A stretch of 64,000 bases of DNA from NCBI GenBank assembly GCA_963795855.1, contig CAWCIZ010000003.1, positions 928,001 to 992,000 of the forward strand, in the 5' to 3' direction. The stretch's first letter is position 1, and every line of letters begins with the position of its first letter. Shown here piece by piece: positions 30,427 through 39,207 of this stretch. The notes beneath the pieces are model-generated. The model was not told the origin of the DNA. It saw only the letters and a program-made list of their open reading frames with translations, and did not search any database. This DNA comes from Vulcanimicrobiota bacterium (GTDB lineage Bacteria > Vulcanimicrobiota > Vulcanimicrobiia > Vulcanimicrobiales > Vulcanimicrobiaceae). A program made the translations under genes and the position numbers.

Positions 30427-31824
30427 TTATGCCGGAAGGCCGGCGCGGGCCGGAACGCGCTCGGTCTTGATGAGACGCGAACGCGAAAGCTTATCGTGCA
30501 AGCAAACCCTGGAGAACGGGCTCAGTATTATCACGATCGGCCACGTCACCGCGAGCAGCGCGTAGCGTCCCAGGCTCTGCAAAAAGCTGGGCGAGCGAAA
30601 GTCCAAGCGTACGACTCGAAGTCCGGCAATGAGCATGCCGGGCGTCTGCCCAATCAAACCGACCAGGAGCGCCGAGTACAGCGCCAGCCACTCGGGGATC
30701 GCCTGCATCGAGCCCGCATGGAGCATCGCGCTCTCGTACAGCGCTCGTCCGTCGAACACGATATGCGTCTTCGAACCGGCCTGCGAGGGCGCCGCGGCCG
30801 CTGCCGCGCTCGCATCAGGGTGCGAACCCAAGAAGACGGTCTGCACGATCGCCGTCACGATGATCAGATCCAGCATGGTTGCGGCAAAGCGTCGCCACCA
30901 GCCGGCGCAGTCGCTTTTGGTTACCGCGAGCAGTCCGGCTTCCGGCAGCGCGGGCGGCTGCGCACCGGCTTCTTCCACAAACCGTTCCTCGTGAATCAGG
31001 TACAGGTTCGTCTGGATGAAGGCGCGGAGCGCTTCGATACGCGTCGTCTCGTACGGAGTCGAGCCTATCCACTCGCCGAGCTTGAAGACCGAGTCCCCGC
31101 GTACGTCCGTGAATTGCTGCGCGAACATTTGATAATCGATCTTGCGCCCGAAATGGCCGAACGAAGCGATGGCGATGGCGCGCGTCGCCGAATCGAGCGA
31201 ACCGCAGCACAACAGCCCGATGCGATCGCATGTCAATTCGATTTTACGAAGCCAAGCGCCGAACACCAGTGAAACGATGACGTTTTCTTTGCCGTTGACG
31301 CTGAGCAGCGAGGTCAGACGCGTGTGGCCGGCGGCCATATGGCCGAATTCGCGTCCGATCATGAACGTCAGTTCGTCTTCTTTGAAGTGCTCGATCCAAA
31401 TGCTCGAGATGACGATGGAGTACGGCTCGCCGAACCCGACCGCGAGCACGGGCACGTGGTAGTCTTCGCGCACGAAAACCAGCGGCATAGGCAATCCGAG
31501 CGCCGCCGCGCAGCGTTTGACGATGCTGAAAACCTGCGGGTACTGCGACTCGTGGATGCGCACGCTGGTTCCCACAAGGCGTCCTCGCGCAAGCGTGACG
31601 TAGACCATCGCGATGACTAGAAAGAACGCGACCTGCGATATCCCGACTTCCTCGTGTATGACGAAGCCAATCGCGGCTGCGGCGGGAAACGCGAAAATCA
31701 ACGTCAAGTACAGTGAGAGCCGCTCGCGCGGAAACGTGAGCGAAAGCGGCCCGCGGAAGAGATCGCGCACGACCGTCTTCTCGTCTTTTAGTTGCTCCCA
31801 GTCCTGCGGGATCGACGCGCGCAA
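30427..31824 (-). CDS. M48 peptidase-like domain fused to an RDD domain (start uncertain)
   Basis: DELTFMIGREFGH, ELTCDR; RDD motifs GWWRRFAATMLD and GQTPGM..GLRVV. Confidence 0.75.
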   Translation of the reverse strand: MRASIPQDWEQLKDEKTVVRDLFRGPLSLTFPRERLSLYLTLIFAFPAAAAIGFVIHEEVGISQVAFFLVIAMVYVTLARGRLVGTSVRIHESQYPQVFSIVKRCAAALGLPMPLVFVREDYHVPVLAVGFGEPYSIVISSIWIEHFKEDELTFMIGREFGHMAAGHTRLTSLLSVNGKENVIVSLVFGAWLRKIELTCDRIGLLCCGSLDSATRAIAIASFGHFGRKIDYQMFAQQFTDVRGDSVFKLGEWIGSTPYETTRIEALRAFIQTNLYLIHEERFVEEAGAQPPALPEAGLLAVTKSDCAGWWRRFAATMLDLIIVTAIVQTVFLGSHPDASAAAAAAPSQAGSKTHIVFDGRALYESAMLHAGSMQAIPEWLALYSALLVGLIGQTPGMLIAGLRVVRLDFRSPSFLQSLGRYALLAVTWPIVIILSPFSRVCLHDKLSRSRLIKTERVPARAGLPA

Positions 31825-31845
31825 TGACAGGCGTATGGCATCCGC

Positions 31846-32700
31846 GTGAGCAATGCTGTCGCTATGGCCGTTACCCTCGAGCCCGTCATCGGGCTCGCGA
31901 AGGACGAGTTCACGCACCCGCTGCCTCCGCCCCTTAAATGGGCGGGCGGTAAACGTTGGCTCGTACCGCATTTGCTGGGGTGGTGGAACGGTCACGACGA
32001 TCGCCGGCTCGCCGAGCCGTTCGCGGGCGGCCTTGCCGTCACGCTCGGGCTGCTTCCGCGGCGAGCGCTGCTCAACGATGCGAATCCACATCTCATTTCG
32101 TTCTACCGGTGGCTGCAGCGCGGTCTGGATGCGACGACGACCGGCATCCGCTTCGCGAACGACCGCGCGGTCTACGCGCACAACCGCACCCGGTTCAACG
32201 AGTTGATTCGCGAAAACCGCATGGAAAGCGCCGAGGCGGCAGCGTTGTTTTATTATCTCAATCGCACGGGCTACAACGGGTTATGCCGGTTCAATGCACG
32301 CGGATTTTTCAACGTTCCGTTCGGGCGCTACAAACAGCCGCCGTACCGCGAAGATTTTACGCCGTACAAACGCGCGCTCGCGCACTACGAATTCACGCAG
32401 GGCGACTTCGAGAACATGCCGCTGCAAAGCGCGGATTTCGTCTACGCCGATCCGCCGTACGACGTCGAATTCACCGCATATTCGGCGGGCGGATTCACGT
32501 GGGACGATCAAAAGCGCCTCGCGCGGTGGCTGGCGGCGCATCCGGGGCCGGTCGTCGCGTCGAATCAGGCAACGCCGCGAATTCTGCGCCTGTACCGCAA
32601 ACTCGGTTTTTCGATTCGCGTCGTCGACGCGCCGCGCCGCATCAGCTGCGACGGCAATCGCGACGACGCCAAAGAAATGGTCGCCGTGAGGAATCTTTGA
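31846..32700 (+). CDS. Dam-family (D12 class) N6-adenine DNA methyltransferase
   Basis: LKWAGGKRWL, EPFAGG, YLNRTGYNGL, YADPPY. Confidence 0.92.
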   Translation: MSNAVAMAVTLEPVIGLAKDEFTHPLPPPLKWAGGKRWLVPHLLGWWNGHDDRRLAEPFAGGLAVTLGLLPRRALLNDANPHLISFYRWLQRGLDATTTGIRFANDRAVYAHNRTRFNELIRENRMESAEAAALFYYLNRTGYNGLCRFNARGFFNVPFGRYKQPPYREDFTPYKRALAHYEFTQGDFENMPLQSADFVYADPPYDVEFTAYSAGGFTWDDQKRLARWLAAHPGPVVASNQATPRILRLYRKLGFSIRVVDAPRRISCDGNRDDAKEMVAVRNL

Positions 32701-33147
32701 TGGGCATGCTGTTTCCGGGAAGCATCGGCACGAAGACCGGTTCCACGCTCGAGGTCAGCGTCGAAGCGGTGCTGCTCAACAACAGTCTACGCCGTGCGCA
32801 AGCAGCAAATCGTCGGCAGCAAACCGGGCGGCGGACGCCACAAAGCCGATATCGTGGGGATGCGTCCGAACGGCTCCCAGTTTCTCGTTTCGCTCAAGTG
32901 GCAGCAGACGACGGGGAGCGCCGAAGAGAAGATTCCGTTCGAAGTGATCAAACTGCTGCACGCGCTGCGCGAGAACCCGTCGGTCTTCGACAAGGCCTAC
33001 ATCGTCGTCGGCGGCGACGGCTTCACCGCGGGACTCGTCGAGTTCTATCTTTCCGACGAGTTCCGTTCGTATATCCGCGACTCGCACAAGATCGAGATCC
33101 TCACGCTGAACGACGTCATCACGCGCGCGAACCGCGGCGCCCTTTAG
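32700..33147 (+). CDS. PD-(D/E)XK nuclease, putative restriction endonuclease (apparent frameshift near 32786)
   Basis: Start overlaps the MTase stop (TGATG); HKADIV..LVSLKWQQTTGSAEEKIPFE. Confidence 0.75.
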
Positions 33148-33171
33148 TCTGCGGTCGCAGTATCGAATCGT

Positions 33172-33666
33172 TTAGCCCGCCGGGACGAACACCAGCGCCA
33201 ATCCGTCGATACAGTAGCGCAATCCGGTCGGCGGCGGACCGTCGTTGAAAACGTGACCGAGGTGTCCGCCGCATTGACGGCAGTGGACTTCGGTGCGGGG
33301 ATCGATCAGCTCGTAGTCGGCGCGCGTCAAGAGCGCGCCTTGCAACGGACGATAGAAACTCGGCCAGCCGTCGCCGCTGTCGTATTTCGTTTTCGAAGAG
33401 AACAATGCGAGCGCGCACCCGGCGCAGCGGTACGTTCCGGCGCGGTGCTCTTTCAGCAATGGGCTGCTCTCGGCCGGTTCGGTCCCGTTCTGACGCAAGA
33501 TGAAGTAGCGGTTGGGGCCGAGCAACTTGCGCCATTCCTCGTCCGTGTGCGTGACGGGATATGCCGGCGCGGCTTTTGCGCGTCCGAGCGTTGCGGCGAT
33601 AGAGGCGGCGCCGAAGAACCCCGCCGCGCGCAGCCAACCCGCGCGCGTTACAGTTTTACGTGACAT
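33172..33666 (-). CDS. msrB: Methionine (R)-sulfoxide reductase, probably exported
   Basis: GTE, CAGC, KYDSGDGWPSF, HLGHVFNDGPPPTGLRYCI. Confidence 0.93.
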   Translation of the reverse strand: MSRKTVTRAGWLRAAGFFGAASIAATLGRAKAAPAYPVTHTDEEWRKLLGPNRYFILRQNGTEPAESSPLLKEHRAGTYRCAGCALALFSSKTKYDSGDGWPSFYRPLQGALLTRADYELIDPRTEVHCRQCGGHLGHVFNDGPPPTGLRYCIDGLALVFVPAG

Positions 33667-34124
33667 GCGACACCGTGCTTCTCGAAATAGCGCTGATGAT
33701 AGTCTTCAGCGCGATAGAACTCTTGCGCGTCCGCGATTTGCGTGACGATCGGGCGCGAGTGATTGCGCTGTTCGGCGGCAAGCGACGCTTCGGCTCACTC
33801 TCGCTGCTGCGGCCCGTGCGTGAATATGGCGGAGCGATATTGCGATCCCACGTCCGGTCCTTGGCGGTTCGCCGTCGTGGGATCGTGAATCTGCCAAAAA
33901 ATGCGCAGCAGATCGTCGTAACTGACGCGGTCTGCATCATAGCTGACTTGCACAGCCTCCGCGTGGCCCGTGCCGTCGCCGCAAACCTCACTGTAGCTCG
34001 GGTTGCGCGTATGACCACCGGTGTAACCACTGACGGCATCCAAGACCCCCGGAACTTGACGGAAGGCCGCTTCGACGCCCCAGAAGCATCCGGCGGCGAA
34101 CGTTGCCGTTTCGATCTTGCTCAT
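33648..34124 (-). CDS. msrA: Methionine (S)-sulfoxide reductase (in-frame TGA at 33795-33797)
   Basis: [21 protein letters not shown]; the frame continues past the TGA to [11 protein letters not shown]. Confidence 0.9.
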
Positions 34125-34166
34125 ACACTCAAGGAACGCCGCCCGGCGGCGCTTGGATTCACCGCC

Positions 34167-35810
34167 TCAGCGCGAGTTTTTCGAACGGCGCCAAAACTGC
34201 AGGCCCATGGGCATCGCCGACGGCGTCATCGGGTCGAGATCGTAGCCGGTCAAGTTCTTCGGAACGACCGCGCCCAGGCGGTTCGAATAGAGAAAAATCA
34301 CCGGCAGATCGCGGCTCGCGAGCTGCTGATAGCGGTCAAGCGCAGCGCGCGAGCGCGCCGGCGAGGAAGCGGTACGCGCTCTCGCGATCGCTTCATCGAT
34401 CTGCGGGTTGCTGTAAAAGCCGGCGTTGTAGCCGCCGTTCGAAACGGTTTGCGTCGAATAGTAGAACTTGTAATCGTCGGGATATGGCTCCAGAACCACG
34501 CCGCGCAGCGCAAGTTGGAAGTTGCTGTGATGCAGATCGACGAAGAACGTTTGAATCTCTTCATTGTCGAGCGTGCAGCCGATGCCGACGGCTTTGAACT
34601 CCGCCTGAATCAGTTCCGCGATGTCCGCGGCAACCGCGTCCGTAGCGCCGCCCGTTTTTAGGCTACTTGCATAATGACGCCGTCTTTCGATCGAACGCCT
34701 CCATGCAAATGCCAACCGGCGGCATCGAGCATCTGCGCGGCGCGTCGCGGATCGTACGAATATACTCGCAGCGATCGGTCGTAGTACGGCGAGAACGTCG
34801 GAATCGGGCCATTGAGTACGTCCGCCTGACCGCTCATAATGCCCTGCGTGATGAACCTACGGTTGATGGCGTACATCAAGGCCTGCTTCACGTGCGGATC
34901 GTGAATCCATGGGATCGCCGGATCGTGGTAGTTCGGCAGCAGCAAGAACGTAACGTTCCACGGCCAGTTCACGAACTTGTGATCGCCGCGAAGGCGATCG
35001 TGCACGCGCCACAGATTGGGTGGAATGTCCGTCACGTCGATCTCGCCGGCGTCGACTGCGGCGTAGAGCGAATCTTGTTGCGGATAAACGCGAAAGGCAA
35101 CTTCGCTGAGATACGGTTTCGGCCCCCAATACGTGGAGTTTCGTTCGAGAATGATGTACGAATCGGGAACGTTGCGTTTGATGCTCCACGCACCGCCGGT
35201 TACCGGATGTTGCGAAAACTGCGCGTCCGCATTGACGAACCGCGCTTCCGCCTCGGAACCGGGCGGGTATTTCCCGAGCACGTGCTCCGGCAGCAGCAGC
35301 GTGTCGTTGCGCGAGAGCGCGTTCTCCAGAAACGGCGGCGACGGGCCGCTCAAACGCAATTCGACCGTGTACGGGTCGATCGCCCGCACGGAACGCAGCA
35401 GCGTGAAATCGCCGCTTTTGCTCTGGATCAGATGGGGATTGCTCTCCAGCAGGATCGTGAAAACTGCGTCCTTCGCGGTCATCGGCGCGCCGTCTATCCA
35501 GCGCGCGCCGCGCCGCAAATGCAGCACGTAGCGCGTTCCGCCATCCGTCACGTCGACCCGGTACGCCAGGCTCGTCGACCAGCGCGGCTTCATATCCGGG
35601 CCGAGATCGATCAGCGGCGTGTAAATCAAATCTGCGATCGTAGTCGCCGCCGAGCCGATGGTGACGTATGGGTTGAATCCGGCGGGACCGGCGATCCAAC
35701 CCGCGACCACCATGTCGGCATTGCTCGTTTCGGCACTGCGCGCTCCGCAGCGCGGCGAGCAGCAGCGCGAGCGAAATTGCTGCGCAGCGCAGCGCTCGAC
35801 GGCAGATCAC
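34167..35810 (-). CDS. Peptide/nickel ABC transporter substrate-binding lipoprotein (apparent frameshifts near 35750 and 34660)
   Basis: Family 5 SBP motifs LRRGARWIDGAPMTAKDAVFT, VKQALMYAINR. Confidence 0.85.
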
Positions 35811-36684
35811 GGCCCGTCCATTGCGCGATCTTCGCGCTCGCGCAGCCAGTCGCCGACGAAATTGAATGCGCAGACGCTGAACAATATCGCCAAGCCGGGC
35901 GGTAAAATCAGCCACCACGCGCCCGCGAAGATGTCGCTCTGCGCGCCGGAAAGCAGATTGCCCCACGACGGAATCGGTAAGCGCACGCCGATGCCGAGAT
36001 ACGAAAGCGCCGTTTCTGCGAGCATCGCGCTCGCGATCATGAACGTCGTCGTCGTAATGATCGTTCCGACCGCATTCGGCACGACGTGGCCGAAGATGAT
36101 GCGGCGATCGGTAGCGCCGATGGAGCGGGCCGCCTCGACGAAGAGCCGCTCTTTGAGTGAGAGTACGTCGCCGCGCACTAATCGTGCCGGCCCGAGCCAC
36201 GACGTCGCGCCGATGACGAGCATGAGGGCGAGCAGATTTCCGTGGAACATCGCGGCAAGAAACAGCAGCAGAAACAGCGTGGGAATGCTGAGCAGCACGT
36301 CGACGACGCGCATCAGCAGCGTATCGATCCACGACCCATAGTAGCCGGATACCGCGCCATAGATCGTGCCGATACCCATCGCGACGATCGCCGCGACGAT
36401 ACCGACGCCCAGCGTGATGCGTCCGCCTGCGAGCAGGCGCGCCAGTTCGTCGCGGCCCAAGGCGTCCGTGCCGAGCCAGTGTACGCCGCCCGGCGCATCG
36501 TACGCGTGCGTTACGTCCGTTGAAAACGCACCAACGTGGAGGAGCGATGGACCTGCCGCGCAGGCCACCGCCGCCAACGCGATCCAGCCCAGCTGAGGGC
36601 GGCAACGGGCGTCACGCGAATGCGCCGCCATTTCGGAGCTTCCGCCGTTTCGTCGACGGGAATAACGATCGCGGCTTCAGTCAT
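35807..36684 (-). CDS. Peptide ABC transporter permease, OppC-like (apparent frameshift near 36590)
   Basis: HWLGTDALGRD; FVEAARSIGA; PSWGNLL. Confidence 0.9.
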
Positions 36685-37630
36685 AGCGCACACGCGGATC
36701 CACGACGCCGTACAGCACGTCGGCGCACAAATTGCCCGCTATCACGAGCATCGCGGTAATGACGGTCATTCCGAGAAGCGTCGCGTAATCGCGATCCGTG
36801 GCCGACTGCCAGAAGAGCTGCCCCATTCCGGGATACGCGAAGATTTGCTCTGTGATCACCGCGCCGCCGAAGAGCGCCGGAACCGTACCGCCCAGAAGCG
36901 TGATGAACGGAATGAGCGCATTCCGCAACGTGTGTTTGAAAAGCACGCGGCGCTGCGGTAAACCTTTCGCAATTGCGGTGCGCGCGTAATCCTCGCGCAA
37001 TTGTTCCACCATGCTGCCGCGGATATACCGGCTCCAGCCGGCCATCGAAACGATGGCGAGCGTCGCGGCCGGAAGTACTAAGTGCGCGATGCGCGATGGC
37101 CAATCGAACGCCGCCGTGTCGATCGTTTGCAGGCCGCCGACGGGCAGCCAGCGCAGCGTCACCGCAAAAACGGCGATGAGTATCGTTCCGAACCAGAAAG
37201 TCGGCATCGACCACGCCATGAACACCGCGACCGACGCCGTGCGGTCGAATGCGGTATTGCGCCGGTACGCTTGATACACGCCGAGCGGAACGGCCAACAG
37301 AATCGAAACGCAAAGAGCACAGCCCATCAGCAGCAGCGTTTGCGGCAAACGCCCAGCGATGAGCGCGGTTACGGGCTGCTGACGAATGTACGAAAAGCCG
37401 AGATCGCCGTGCAGCAGTGCACCCAGCCAAATCGCGTACTGTTGCGGCCACGGGCGGTCGAGTCCGAGTTCGTGCGTGATCGCGGCGACCTGCGCCGGCG
37501 TCGCTTTTTCACCCGCAAGCGCGAGCGCCGGACCGCCCGGCGCGAGATGTATGAGCGCGAACGTAACGATCGTCACGCCCACCAGCGTCGGAATCGCCAG
37601 CAGCAGGCGCTTAAGGACGAACGTGGTCAT
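36677..37630 (-). CDS. Peptide ABC transporter permease, OppB-like
   Basis: GDLGFS; DYARTAIAKGL; HTLRNALIP. Confidence 0.92.
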   Translation of the reverse strand: MTTFVLKRLLLAIPTLVGVTIVTFALIHLAPGGPALALAGEKATPAQVAAITHELGLDRPWPQQYAIWLGALLHGDLGFSYIRQQPVTALIAGRLPQTLLLMGCALCVSILLAVPLGVYQAYRRNTAFDRTASVAVFMAWSMPTFWFGTILIAVFAVTLRWLPVGGLQTIDTAAFDWPSRIAHLVLPAATLAIVSMAGWSRYIRGSMVEQLREDYARTAIAKGLPQRRVLFKHTLRNALIPFITLLGGTVPALFGGAVITEQIFAYPGMGQLFWQSATDRDYATLLGMTVITAMLVIAGNLCADVLYGVVDPRVRYD

Positions 37631-37638
37631 TCATGCCG

Positions 37639-39136
37639 CTACCAGCGATAGTTGCCGATTGCGTCCCACTGATACGGCTGCGTGCCGTCCCAAGCGAAGA
37701 AGATCTCGCCGATCGCGCCAAGTTCTTTGCTGACGTCGAGCGAGGCGGTGATTTCGTCCGCCGGGGGATAGCCGTTCGGTCCTTCGGCGTCGGTTTGTCC
37801 GCCTATGCTGATGGGATCGCTGCTGCGCGAAAGATAGCGAAGGCGATTGTACGAGCCTCTGAGCAGCACGCGGACTTGCGCGGCGGTGGTAGGTTTGCGT
37901 CGCATCATGCGCCAGTACGACATCGGCTGCAGCACGCTCACGAACCGCGCAATCTGCGGAAACGGATATTTCTTGTTGTTCAAATGTTCGAGGTAGGGAT
38001 CTTCGACGTTCGCCGCTACCAGATAGTCGGGCCCGAGGGCCTGCCGCACCGACTGCGCGTATTTCCAAAGCGCATCGAGACCTTGCGGATCGTCGCCGAG
38101 AAATTCGTCGCCACGCTCGACGTCGATTGCGACGCCGGTCAGCGGCGTGCCCTTGGCGGTGCGGTAATACGCGCTGCGCACCGTCGCGCCGACGTCGTCG
38201 TAGAGTGTGTCGCGCGGCACCGTCCACCCGATCGTGCCGATACCGTGAGCGGCGAGCCCGTCGATGATTGCGTCGATCGTTGGCTTCGCTTCAGGCGTAA
38301 TCTCCCAATACGCGCCGTACGCGGTGCGCAGTTCGACGTAGTGCAAGTGCGCTTTTACCGCTTGCGCGACGATAGCGGCCGGATTGAGATGCTTGAAGTA
38401 AATTTGATCGAGCGGATTTCCCGTAAAGTACAGCCACATTGCCGTGCCTGATGCATTCGCGACGGCCGTTCGCGGCGGGGCGGGCATCGTGCGTACCGGG
38501 CCGAGTGCGACGGGCAGCGCGATCGGCGCGGTACAATTCGTACCGGTACGAAACGCCCGGCTGCACCGCAGTGTCGCGGAACGAAGAACTCGGGCCGGCA
38601 ATGACCGCTAACGTTTTTCCGCGTCCTGCGGCGTCGAGCCGCACGACCCGCGTCATTTTGCGCTCTTGCGGAAACCAGCCGATCTGCACGGCGTACGGCC
38701 CGAGCGCGCGCGCGATGACGCGCGGTCCGCGCCATGTGCGCGTGTCGGTTCGCAGCACGATAGGCGCGAACGCCGGTTGCGTGGAGTGTACGTTCATCGT
38801 CAGCACCCCCGCATGCCGCGCGTGCAAAATCGCGGAAGGTTGGCCGTAGCGCAGGCGCGTCTGCCATTGTACGAAACCGTCGCGTGAGGTCCAGTCGACG
38901 TTGCCGCCGGCCATCACGCGCGTCGGTTTTCCTTGCGCGTCCCAAAACCGTGCGATGACCAGCCAGCGCGCGTTCCCGTCCGGATCGAATCCGAGCGGAC
39001 GCGAATCGAGCGTCATGCGAACGGCCGGTTTGCCCCAGTATACCGGACCAGTGGGCGTCGCCGTCGGAATCGGCGCGGGCGTAGGCGTGGCTTGCGCGAG
39101 CAGCGCGGCGATGACGGCGAAAAGCGCGGATTTCAT
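37639..39136 (-). CDS. Secreted protein with FN3-like and putative glycoside hydrolase-like domain (apparent frameshift near 38520)
   Basis: Signal peptide, PT linker, FRDTAVQPGVSYRY, VAIDVE, LQPMSYW. Confidence 0.6.
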
Positions 39137-39151
39137 ATTCGACTCTTCTAC

Positions 39152-39183
39152 AAAGAGAAGGGGCGATGCTTTCGCAACGCCCC
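39152..39183 (-). terminator. Intrinsic terminator after TonB-dependent receptor 1
   Basis: GGGGCGTTGC-GAAA-GCATCGCCCC followed by TTCTCTTT. Confidence 0.75.
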
Positions 39184-39207
39184 ATTTTGAGTTTCCACGG
39201 ACCGGAC

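Noticed and set aside
25981..33147. Genomic island integrated at tRNA-Thr
   Set aside because: No integrase and no duplicated tRNA 3' end seen
33795..33797. Selenocysteine or an alternative genetic code
   Set aside because: Non-catalytic position, and TGA serves as a normal stop in many genes here
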